A stretch of 58,942 nucleotides of DNA, taken from positions 1-58,942 of the IMG/VR virus record IMGVR_UViG_3300033143_005711; one strand, written 5' to 3'. The notes beneath the pieces are model-generated. The model did not search any database, was not told the DNA's origin, and saw only the letters and a program-made list of their open reading frames with translations. The stretch's first letter is position 1, and each line of letters begins with the position of its first letter. This DNA is from a virus (taxonomy: Duplodnaviria; Caudoviricetes). Position numbers and translations under genes: made by a program. Positions 49,935 through 57,615 of the stretch are shown in pieces.

Positions 49935-50513
49935 TTAATCAATATATAATTTCTTTTTAACTTTTCCAGTTTTTTTATCTACAATTTTAATTTCGTTTTC
50001 TTTAACTTTTTTCTTCATTTCTTTATCCATGATATTCATAATTTGTAATGGAGAGTATACTACATTTTTTTGATTTACTATTATTTGTTCTTGTTGTTTT
50101 TTAATAAAAAGTAATTGATTAAGAATTTCCCTGCACACAGCTAAACCTGTTGGTATTAATTTAATATAAGTTAATTTATTTTCTGACCCCATTGATTCAT
50201 CAAATAAATCTTCAAGAACTTCCATAAACTTATTTGTCATACTATCTATTTTATTAAATTTTTCTTCTAACTTTTTATTCCAATCAATTGTTAATTCTTT
50301 AGCTCTACGCTTATCAGTTCTAAGAGAATTAGTTATTACTTGTCCCCTTCTAACATAATCTTCATAATATGTTTTAATTGTTTGTCTATGTATTTTTGTT
50401 TCAAATGTATTTTCAATCTCTTTAGAAATAGCTTCCCAATCCAATCCTTTATTTCTAAGTTCATAAATTTTCTTAAAAAGTTTAGGGTCGGTGTGTTTAT
50501 GTCCTTTAACCAT
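49935..50513 (-). CDS. HTH/coiled-coil protein (possible terminase small subunit)
   Basis: LRNKGLDWEAIS...IHRQTI; helical C-terminus. Confidence 0.55.
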   Translation of the reverse strand: MVKGHKHTDPKLFKKIYELRNKGLDWEAISKEIENTFETKIHRQTIKTYYEDYVRRGQVITNSLRTDKRRAKELTIDWNKKLEEKFNKIDSMTNKFMEVLEDLFDESMGSENKLTYIKLIPTGLAVCREILNQLLFIKKQQEQIIVNQKNVVYSPLQIMNIMDKEMKKKVKENEIKIVDKKTGKVKKKLYID

Positions 50514-50547
50514 ATATAATCTAAGTTTCTTTATTTTATAAATTTAT

Positions 50548-50799
50548 CTATTTGAATTTTTTCCTTCCAATCTTTTTATATAACTCTGGATTTTGGAATT
50601 TTAATTCTGTTAGTATTTTTTTTGGGTTTTTATTTAGAAGTTGATAAAAATATATTGACTTATTAATCAAATCAGTTGTATTACAAACAGAATTGACTAC
50701 CCCTACATTTTCTTGTTTTATTCTAAAACTAACAGTATCACCTGTCTTTAACTTTCTTTTACTCTTTCTTTTTTTTAGATTACGAATTATGTTTATCAT
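50548..50799 (-). CDS. hypothetical protein (RHH-like)
   Basis: TVSFRI...TTDLINKSI. Confidence 0.55.
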   Translation of the reverse strand: MINIIRNLKKRKSKRKLKTGDTVSFRIKQENVGVVNSVCNTTDLINKSIYFYQLLNKNPKKILTELKFQNPELYKKIGRKKFK

Positions 50800-51018
50800 T
50801 TTCTCTCTTTTTTTAAAAAGGTTTTTTACACCTTAACAAACCTCATCATAATACAAAATCCTAAAATAACTCAAGCCTGAGGCCGAACGGGGATATGGTT
50901 GCCCAACAAATACCAAGCCACTAATAGGGAGAACTAGATTACCATTAGATATTAAATTTAATTGACTAGACATTTAGATAAAAAAATTTGTTGGTTTATA
51001 AATTTATCCCAATAAATA

Positions 51019-51090
51019 AGCTCCCGTAGAGACTTGCACTCTACTCTCCGGTTTACAAGACCGGTACATCGCTATCTATGCTTCGGAAGC
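51019..51090 (-). tRNA. tRNA-Thr(UGU)
   Basis: cloverleaf; anticodon arm CCGGU-CUUGUAA-ACCGG. Confidence 0.85.
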
Positions 51091-51092
51091 AA

Positions 51093-51166
51093 TAGCCCTA
51101 CTCGGATTCGAACCGAGGTCTCCAGTGTCAAAGACTGGTATTCTTGTCCAGCTAAACTATAGGGCT
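51093..51166 (-). tRNA. tRNA-Gln(UUG)
   Basis: A1-U72 archaeal type; loop CUUUGAC. Confidence 0.9.
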
Positions 51167-51169
51167 TTA

Positions 51170-51241
51170 TATCTCCAGCAGGAATTGAACCTACATCTCA
51201 AGGGTCGAAGCCTAGTATTCTATCTGTTGAACTATGGAGAT
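51170..51241 (-). tRNA. tRNA-Arg(UCG)
   Basis: loop CUUCGAC; GUUCAAUU T-loop. Confidence 0.85.
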
Positions 51242-51245
51242 TTGA

Positions 51246-51317
51246 TGGTTCATGAAAGAATTGAACTTTCTTCTCCCGAGCTTCAGTCAGGTGTAATACC
51301 CAATATACGAATGAACC
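51246..51317 (-). tRNA. tRNA-Phe(GAA)
   Basis: loop CUGAAGC. Confidence 0.85.
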
Positions 51318-51320
51318 AAA

Positions 51321-51393
51321 TGACCCTAGGGGGATTTGAACCCCCATGTACCGGTTAAAAGCCGGTTACTCTACCAGATTGAGCTATAGAGCC
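51321..51393 (-). tRNA. tRNA-Lys(UUU)
   Basis: ACCGG-CUUUUAA-CCGGU. Confidence 0.9.
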
Positions 51394-51394
51394 T

Positions 51395-51469
51395 TGGTGG
51401 GCCCAGCCGGAATCCAACCGACGTCTAGGGATTAGAAGTCCCTTATTCTATGCCCTGAACTATGGGCCC
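51395..51469 (-). tRNA. tRNA-Arg(UCU), CCA encoded
   Basis: AGGGA-CUUCUAA-UCCCU; atypical T-loop UUGGAUU. Confidence 0.85.
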
Positions 51470-51472
51470 AAA

Positions 51473-51545
51473 CGTATCCGGTTGGATTTGAACCAACGAC
51501 CTTCCGGTTAACAGCCGGATGCTACCACCACTGAGCTACGGACAC
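51473..51545 (-). tRNA. tRNA-Asn(GUU)
   Basis: UCCGG-CUGUUAA-CCGGA; G73. Confidence 0.9.
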
Positions 51546-51548
51546 ATA

Positions 51549-51619
51549 AGACTTTGCCGTGAATCGAACACGGGTCAAAAGGGTTGCAATCTTTTGGGAT
51601 ACCACTACCTCACAAAGTC
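51549..51619 (-). tRNA. tRNA-Cys(GCA)
   Basis: loop UUGCAAC; U73. Confidence 0.9.
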
Positions 51620-51621
51620 AA

Positions 51622-51705
51622 TGGGAGTAGGGGGAATCGAACCCACCACAGCACACTAAGGCTCCAATCTTAAGTCGGATGTATTTTCCAATTTACTATA
51701 CTCCC
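51622..51705 (-). tRNA. tRNA-Leu(UAA)
   Basis: loop CUUAAGA; long variable arm. Confidence 0.9.
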
Positions 51706-51708
51706 TTA

Positions 51709-51790
51709 TGGGCGAACTTGGATTCGAACCAAGACAGACACTAAGCCACGAGTTCTAAGCCCGTTGCGTTTTCCAATTCGCTATACGCCC
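51709..51790 (-). tRNA. tRNA-Leu(UAG)
   Basis: loop CUUAGAA; long variable arm. Confidence 0.9.
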
Positions 51791-51791
51791 T

Positions 51792-51865
51792 TGGTCTCCC
51801 TTGTCCGAGTTGCACGAACCTCCTACGGTTTACAGCCGTTTGTCGCACTCCGCGACTTAAGAGAG
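51792..51865 (-). tRNA. tRNA-Tyr(GUA), archaeal type, CCA encoded
   Basis: C1-G72, short variable loop, loop CUGUAAA. Confidence 0.8.
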
Positions 51866-51868
51866 TTA

Positions 51869-51941
51869 TGACCCCACCCAGATTTGAACTGGGATGTTCT
51901 GGTTAAGAGCCAGATACTCTGCCAAGTTGAGCTATGGAGCC
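51869..51941 (-). tRNA. tRNA-Lys(CUU)
   Basis: UCUGG-CUCUUAA-CCAGA. Confidence 0.9.
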
Positions 51942-51943
51942 AA

Positions 51944-52014
51944 TGAGAGAACTAGGATTCGCACCTAGACCTAATGGGTTGGAGCCATTTATGCTGCTAT
52001 TACACCAAACTCTC
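51944..52014 (-). tRNA. tRNA-Trp(CCA), intronless
   Basis: AAUGG-CUCCAAC-CCAUU; two U-U mismatches in the acceptor stem. Confidence 0.8.
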
Positions 52015-52017
52015 AAA

Positions 52018-52090
52018 TTGGTTCGAGGGGATTTTAACCCCTGGTCTCCCGCATATAAGACGGGTGCATTAAACACTATGCTACGAACCA
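52018..52090 (-). tRNA. tRNA-Ile(UAU)
   Basis: CCCGU-CUUAUAU-GCGGG. Confidence 0.85.
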
Positions 52091-52091
52091 C

Positions 52092-52165
52092 TGGTAGGCC
52101 CAGAGAGAATCGAACTCCCGTTGCTGGCATATCAGGCCAGTAGTCTACCATTAACTTATGAGCCT
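52092..52165 (-). tRNA. tRNA-Ile(GAU), CCA encoded
   Basis: CUGGC-CUGAUAU-GCCAG. Confidence 0.9.
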
Positions 52166-52168
52166 TTA

Positions 52169-52243
52169 CGCCCCCTACGGGATTTGAACCCGTGTCTTCA
52201 GGTTGAAAACCTGACATACTTGGCCGGACTATACGAAGGGGGC
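52169..52243 (-). tRNA. tRNA-Glu(UUC)
   Basis: UCAGG-UUUUCAA-CCUGA. Confidence 0.9.
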
Positions 52244-52247
52244 AAAG

Positions 52248-52320
52248 GATGAATGGAGAGACTTGAACTCTCTTCTCCTGGACCACAGCCAGGCACATTA
52301 CCACATATGCTACACCCATC
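52248..52320 (-). tRNA. tRNA-His(GUG) with encoded G-1:C73
   Basis: CCUGG-CUGUGGU-CCAGG. Confidence 0.9.
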
Positions 52321-52362
52321 ATTAAGTACATCCTCCCTAGAATCTTATCTAGGAAATCATCA

Positions 52363-52445
52363 CGCCGACAGCTGGAGTCGAACCAACTCACCTAAAGGTG
52401 ACCTCAGCTTAGCAAGCTGGTGCATTACCGTTCTGCCATATCGGC
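52363..52445 (-). tRNA. tRNA-Ser(GCU)
   Basis: loop UUGCUAA; long variable arm; G73. Confidence 0.9.
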
Positions 52446-52448
52446 TTA

Positions 52449-52528
52449 CGCCGTCGAGAGGAATCGAACCTCCATACACTAAGGAAATTGGGTTCAAGCC
52501 AATCGGGCTACCACTGCCCAACGACGGC
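52449..52528 (-). tRNA. tRNA-Ser(UGA)
   Basis: AUUGG-CUUGAAC-CCAAU; extended variable region; G73. Confidence 0.85.
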
Positions 52529-52530
52529 AA

Positions 52531-52601
52531 CGCCCAGTGCGGGAATCGGACCCGCGCTTGATGGCTGACAACCATCTGTACTACCATTATACTAACTGGG
52601 C
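52531..52601 (-). tRNA. tRNA-Asp(GUC)
   Basis: GAUGG-UUGUCAG-CCAUC; G73. Confidence 0.85.
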
Positions 52602-52603
52602 AA

Positions 52604-52674
52604 TGGATGAACCTGGAATCGAACCAGGACCTTCTCGATGTAAGCGAGATATTCTACCACTAGACTATACATCC
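52604..52674 (-). tRNA. tRNA-Val(UAC)
   Basis: UCUCG-CUUACAU-CGAGA. Confidence 0.9.
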
Positions 52675-52677
52675 AAA

Positions 52678-52748
52678 TGGACCAACCGAGAATCGAACTC
52701 AGACCTCTTCGTTGCAAACGAAGTATACTACCATTGTACTATTAGCCC
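52678..52748 (-). tRNA. tRNA-Ala(UGC)
   Basis: G3:U70; loop UUUGCAA. Confidence 0.9.
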
Positions 52749-52749
52749 C

Positions 52750-52826
52750 TGGTGGGGTATCTTGGATTTGAACCAAGATTATACGGTTCCAAACCGCAGG
52801 TGTTACCAACTTATCACTAATACCCC
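52750..52826 (-). tRNA. tRNA-Pro(UGG), CCA encoded
   Basis: GGGG start (archaeal type); loop UUUGGAA. Confidence 0.9.
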
Positions 52827-52829
52827 ATA

Positions 52830-52900
52830 TGCGCTAACTCGTACTTAAACCGAGACAAATAGTTTGGAAGACTATTATGCTATCATTACATCATTAACGC
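52830..52900 (-). tRNA. tRNA-Gly(UCC)
   Basis: GCG/CGC acceptor, A73; loop CUUCCAA; degenerate T-arm. Confidence 0.8.
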
Positions 52901-53220
52901 GTTTTATTATGTTCCTTTCGATGGCAATTTGAGCAAAGCACAACACATTTTGAAATCTCTTCTAGGATTTTCTTTATTGAGTACCCATGCGTGGCCATTA
53001 TAGAAATCTCGTTTTCCTTATTTGATTCTTTATGGTGAAACTCTAAACAAGCAGGATGTTTTTCAGGGCATCTATCACATTTAAGTTTCTTTTTGTAATT
53101 AAAATACCAAGCTTTTATCCTTGCCCTATGTTCTATTGTTCGTCTCCTTTCAGAATCCTTATTTTTTTGATACCATTTCCTTCTAAACTCTCTCCGTTTT
53201 TCTACATCTTTATATGGCAT
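52894..53220 (-). CDS. HNH endonuclease in the tRNA array (start refined to MPYKD)
   Basis: CDRC...LEFHH...KCVVLCSNCH; own TATA at about 53241-53254. Confidence 0.85.
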   Translation of the reverse strand: MPYKDVEKRREFRRKWYQKNKDSERRRTIEHRARIKAWYFNYKKKLKCDRCPEKHPACLEFHHKESNKENEISIMATHGYSIKKILEEISKCVVLCSNCHRKEHNKTR

Positions 53221-53266
53221 GTTTCTATTAAGGATACATACTTTAAAAAGGTTTGTAAACCACATA

Positions 53267-53337
53267 TAGCAGTATCCTGAATCGAACAGGAATTTTGAGA
53301 GCATGAGTCTCATAGGTTACCTTTACCTCATACTGCT
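53267..53337 (-). tRNA. tRNA-Met(CAU), A1-U72
   Basis: UGAGA-CUCAUGC-UCUCA; initiator or elongator identity unclear. Confidence 0.8.
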
Positions 53338-53630
53338 TTACTTGTTTCCTTAAAATGTATCCAATTATGGCAATTTGCACAAAGCAAATCACATTTATTT
53401 ATCTCATCAATAATTGTTTGTTTTTTATAATTTCCTAAGTTACCAACACTAAATTTGAATCTTTTATCTTTTGGATTTCTATGGTGGAATTGAAGTATTT
53501 CAAAATGTTCATCATAACCACATTTCTGACATTTATTTATCTTCTTTTTTATACTAAAGATAAATTTCCTATATTCATCTCTTCTATTTGTTTGCCACCT
53601 ATAAAAATCTTTTATATCTTTATATGCCAT
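53328..53630 (-). CDS. HNH endonuclease in the tRNA array
   Basis: CQKC...LQFHH...KCDLLCANCH; own TATA AAAGCTTATAAA. Confidence 0.85.
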   Translation of the reverse strand: MAYKDIKDFYRWQTNRRDEYRKFIFSIKKKINKCQKCGYDEHFEILQFHHRNPKDKRFKFSVGNLGNYKKQTIIDEINKCDLLCANCHNWIHFKETSKAV

Positions 53631-53661
53631 TAGAAGGGTTATGTTTTAAGGTTTATAAGCT

Positions 53662-53682
53662 TTGCCATTACACCACACTGCT
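53662..53682 (-). pseudogene. 5' fragment of a tRNA(Met)-like gene
   Basis: AGCAGTGTGGTGTAATGGCAA: acceptor 5' strand sharing AGCAGT with tRNA-Met, plus the start of a D-arm. Confidence 0.55.
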
Positions 53683-53693
53683 ATTAACACCCA

Positions 53694-53824
53694 ATCTTGA
53701 ATCAGAAGTTATTTATGACAAATATTAATTGGATATGGGATAACTTGAATGTTGTTTGGCTGTATCGCCAACTAAGAAAATATTTAGTTCTCTCTTCCAG
53801 GTCCGATTCAAGATATTTGTCATA
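53694..53824 (-). ncRNA. candidate structured RNA leading the tRNA array transcript
   Basis: 10-12 bp closing stem, three internal helices, 12-bp crossing helix; promoter AAAACATTTAAAAAG at about 53844-53858. Confidence 0.6.
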
Positions 53825-53921
53825 GAAAGAGATTGATTTGTGCCTTTTTAAATGTTTTGGAGTTACCACTAAGTGTTAAAAAAAATAAAAATAAAAAAAA
53901 ATAAAAAAAAATAAACTAAGT

Positions 53922-55343
53922 TTATATTAAACTGAAGGAACCTTCAAGTTTTTCTTCTGGTACAGTGATAGAATACTCGTTGTCTTCTGCAGAATCTTCT
54001 GGGTTTACTATACTTATTCCGAATTCAGATAAGTGAGTTTCGTCGTCTGTTAAGACTACTCCATTCGCTTTTGAAACATTCAAGTCATAGTTAACTCTAA
54101 AGTCTTCAATAACAATCCAGCTTGCTTTTCTTTCAAGAACTAATCCTGAGTCTTCTAATTCAACTTCATCTGAGTCGATTAAAACTAAATCTCTGTCATA
54201 GATACCTGTAGCATTTATGTAAACTCTACTATAGTCTTCAAGTCCACTTAAGAAATTTCCATCTGTTCTAACATACCAGTTACCATCTAATTCATCTAAT
54301 CTGAAAGAAACTTCTTCAGCATCATCTTCAGATATTCCGTTGAACTTAATACATACATAGTCGTTTGGTAAACAAAGTGATTCATCAACTCCAATTGCTT
54401 GGAATTCTTTATCTCCATCAGCATCAACTTCATCAAAGTCTTCTGCTAATATAATACCAAGAGAATTTGCTCCAATTACCCAATTCCATGGACTATCTTC
54501 TGCATATTCATCTCCATCGAATACTTCATTTTCAATATCTTCTGCTACGATTATCTTAGCTTTTCCAGTTACGAAATCGCTAGTTTCATACGCATACTCA
54601 AGTTTAACTTGTATTCCATTGATTGTTTTAACTTCTCCTTCATCTAGTTCTTTTGTATCTTCTCCTACACTAATTAATGCTTCATCATCACCAACTAATA
54701 TCAAGGTGATTTCTTTGTCATCAAAAGTTATAGATTCTCCTTCAGAAAGAACATGTGAAACTCCTTGGAAAAATTTAACAGAATCTACATTCCATTCTGA
54801 AACTTCTAATTCATTTCCTAAGAACTCAAAACTAAGTGAATCTTCTTCAGAAATTAAGCTTGTATTTAAATCACTATCAAAACTCATTTTATATTCAACT
54901 GCTTCCTTTGGAACGTTCATATAAACTTTTTCTTCATAGTCATGTTCATTTGCTAATAAAACAATATCTTTTAATACAAATGTTTCTTCTGCATCATATT
55001 CGTTGTTTCCAAAATCAATTTCTCCATCAAATAAATTTAATTCTCTATCCGAATAAATATCTTGAACAAATGGAACTCCTAAGAATAATTCATCAACTAG
55101 AAATCCTAAACTTATTACTTCTTCTTCAGCATTAATTATTTCTTGAGCTTCATAATTAGCAATAGCATTAGCAACTGCTAAATCAATTGAATATTGTACT
55201 TGTGTTTCATTCATTAAACCTTCCGGAATATTGTCTGGACCAAAAGCAGCCATAGCGGCAAAGATAAGAACTAATACTGCGACTACACCTATAAACCAGG
55301 TGAAGCCTTTACTCATTCTAACACTTTTTTTTGCTTGTGTCAT
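53922..55343 (-). CDS. acidic S-layer-like protein
   Basis: N-terminal TM, very Asp/Glu-rich, FEFLGNELEV, LSEGESIT, ELDEGEVKTINGIQV; GGAGGT SD; T-rich terminator. Confidence 0.7.
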   Translation of the reverse strand: MTQAKKSVRMSKGFTWFIGVVAVLVLIFAAMAAFGPDNIPEGLMNETQVQYSIDLAVANAIANYEAQEIINAEEEVISLGFLVDELFLGVPFVQDIYSDRELNLFDGEIDFGNNEYDAEETFVLKDIVLLANEHDYEEKVYMNVPKEAVEYKMSFDSDLNTSLISEEDSLSFEFLGNELEVSEWNVDSVKFFQGVSHVLSEGESITFDDKEITLILVGDDEALISVGEDTKELDEGEVKTINGIQVKLEYAYETSDFVTGKAKIIVAEDIENEVFDGDEYAEDSPWNWVIGANSLGIILAEDFDEVDADGDKEFQAIGVDESLCLPNDYVCIKFNGISEDDAEEVSFRLDELDGNWYVRTDGNFLSGLEDYSRVYINATGIYDRDLVLIDSDEVELEDSGLVLERKASWIVIEDFRVNYDLNVSKANGVVLTDDETHLSEFGISIVNPEDSAEDNEYSITVPEEKLEGSFSLI

Positions 55344-56376
55344 ATTTTTTTATACCTCCTTCTAACTCTATAGAAAAAGAACTATGTGAGTACTTTAAGG
55401 TACTTTTATCTATCATTTTAATAGTAAATGCATTAGTTAACTTAGTATTTAAATGTTTCTAATTCTATTTTTCGTATAATATCTTTGGCTAAAACTACTT
55501 CCCTAGAACCAAATTTATATTTTAAAAACAAATCAGATGCTTTGACACCATCGGCTAGTAACAACACTATTTCAAGCACCTCTACCACTTTTTTTTTCAT
55601 TTTATTTAATTAAGGAATAAGAGAACCCCTACTCAGCAGGGGTTTCTACGGGAACTTCTTCTGGTGCTTTTTCTTCAACTGTTTCTTCTTCTACAGTTTC
55701 AGTTTTATTTTCTTCATCCATTTTTATTACCTCCATAATTTACTTTGGTGAACATTAGAAATTTCTTTTCATCTTTGGTTTAATTTTTATGTCCTTTGGC
55801 TTAACTACTGCTTTACAATCTTTACAATACATAGTAGGTGAAGATTTTCTTCCAAAAGGAAAATTCTTTTTAACTCTTTTATGTGAACAATTACGCATCT
55901 TTATTTACCTTATGATTTAATGTTTGTTCTTTTCCAGATACTTCTAATTCAAAGTCTTGAAGATTCTCATTGAACCATCTTTTTAATCTAACAAAGATTA
56001 ATTCTTCTGATTCTTCTGTATTTATTTTTCCACTAAATGTTATTATCATTTTTTATTCATTAGCAAAAGCTTTCCCCATATTTTTTTCAATTTGAAATAT
56101 AAGATAAAGAACAATAAATACATCAATTAGAATACCCCACCAAGTAAGATTTGACACACTATAAAAAATCATAAATATTAAAAAAATAATACAAACTATC
56201 GCCCAACCTAATGGTTTTCCGTTTATTTTCATTCTAATAACTCCAGAGTATTTGGTATGTCTATTCCTTTTTTTATTCTTTCAAGATTATCTGTTTTTAG
56301 CTTTCTAAAGCATCTCCAACAAACATTATGTGTTCTTATTATAGCTGTGGCTTTTGAACCACAATTACAAGTTTCA

Positions 56377-56688
56377 TTAATTCTCATTTTGTTCTTTTTT
56401 AAATTTAATTACATCTTTTCCTTTTTCAGTTATTTTCCAAAAAGAGACTCTTTGACCAGTAGCTGGACAAATTCCTTTATGCGACTCTTCTACAAGAAAT
56501 TTCTTCCTAAGTTCATTAGTTCTTCCAGTAACACAATTTATTGGTAATTTAATACTTCCTGCAATCATTGTATTTGAAGCATCACCAACCCAACTAAGAT
56601 GTTCTAAGACTAATTCTTGTCTTAATCCTATCTTTGGAAGTATCTTTTCAAATGCTTCCAAACTTGTATTACTCATTAATGTTTTCAT
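56377..56688 (-). CDS. winged-helix protein
   Basis: TSLEAF...INCVTGRTNELRKKFLVEE...CPATG. Confidence 0.7.
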   Translation of the reverse strand: MKTLMSNTSLEAFEKILPKIGLRQELVLEHLSWVGDASNTMIAGSIKLPINCVTGRTNELRKKFLVEESHKGICPATGQRVSFWKITEKGKDVIKFKKEQNEN

Positions 56689-56867
56689 TTTTATTTCTTA
56701 TATTTTTTTAATTTATTTCCTATTTAAACATTTCTTATCACTATGTAGTGACTTATAATAATTAATATTTAGCAAGTTCCCCCAGCAACTTTCTATCCTC
56801 TAATAACACAAGTTCTGAAGCTAACTTAAACGTTCTCAAAAACTTCTTTTCTTCTTTTGTTAATTTA

Positions 56868-57281
56868 TTATTCATTTTTGGGTATACACTTTTTTTTCAA
56901 TTTAATTTTATCTTCATTAGTGTCTTTATTCCCATTTATATCAACTTTTAATTTATCCATTAAGTATACTATTCCGTTAAGATTAAAAGCTATTGCTGCT
57001 GCATGGTCTTCATCTGTTTCTCCACCCATTAATTGAAAAGTATGTCTTAAAAAACTAGCTTTGAATCTATTTAACTCTTCTACCGAATTAGCTTTCTCCC
57101 AATTTCTTTCTGAATATTTAACTGCACCTCTATCCATTAACATAGACCACCTGCATAATAAAGTTTGTTCATATTTTTGTGATTCTGGTATTAATAAATC
57201 AAATCTAGGTTTATTTTCTTGTGGTTCTCTTTCCATACCAGATTTGAAATTCTTTCTTTTTCCACCGTCTTTTGTTATCAT
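56868..57281 (-). CDS. dATP/dGTP diphosphohydrolase-like (DUF5664/MazG-like) protein
   Basis: KPRFDLL, GAVKYSERNWEK, RH, EDHAAAIAFN. Confidence 0.8.
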   Translation of the reverse strand: MITKDGGKRKNFKSGMEREPQENKPRFDLLIPESQKYEQTLLCRWSMLMDRGAVKYSERNWEKANSVEELNRFKASFLRHTFQLMGGETDEDHAAAIAFNLNGIVYLMDKLKVDINGNKDTNEDKIKLKKKCIPKNE

Positions 57282-57411
57282 TTTTTCTCCTCCCATTCAC
57301 ACCTACAACTATGACAAAAATATTTATTATTTATTTTTGACTCACTTGACATTTGTGTGGTGTTATAACATTTACAGTGTGGACATTGTTTGTTTCCTTT
57401 TCTTGTTATTT

Positions 57412-57615
57412 TCATTTTTTACCCCACCTGATTCTTTTCCAAAGTCTTTCGTGTATAAAATACCAAACCCATTTAAGTATAAACTCAGCCATTCCTATCT
57501 TCCAAACATAAGAGAAATCTTTAGTTATAAGATAAACTAAAATTACAATTATAAATGTGGATGATACCCTATAGGTTAAACCTTTTACTAAACTTCTTAT
57601 TTTTGTGCTACTCAT
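57412..57615 (-). CDS. DUF2061-like small membrane protein
   Basis: RSLVKGLTYRV...YFIHERLWKRIRWG. Confidence 0.75.
   Translation of the reverse strand: MSSTKIRSLVKGLTYRVSSTFIIVILVYLITKDFSYVWKIGMAEFILKWVWYFIHERLWKRIRWGKK

Noticed and set aside
52321-52362. 42-nt spacer with a CCUAGA/UCUAGG hairpin and UGAUGA as a C/D box RNA
   Set aside because: No CUGA D box; possibly a tRNA remnant
51125-52848. ORFs 51125-51358, 51903-52391, 51934-52143, 52253-52561, 52360-52587 and 52537-52848
   Set aside because: They are shadows of the GC-rich tRNA genes
53267-53682. HNH as a tRNA intron, joining the upstream fragment to the tRNA-Met 3' part
   Set aside because: The downstream tRNA is already complete, the fragment's D-stem does not pair with it, and I saw no bulge-helix-bulge motif
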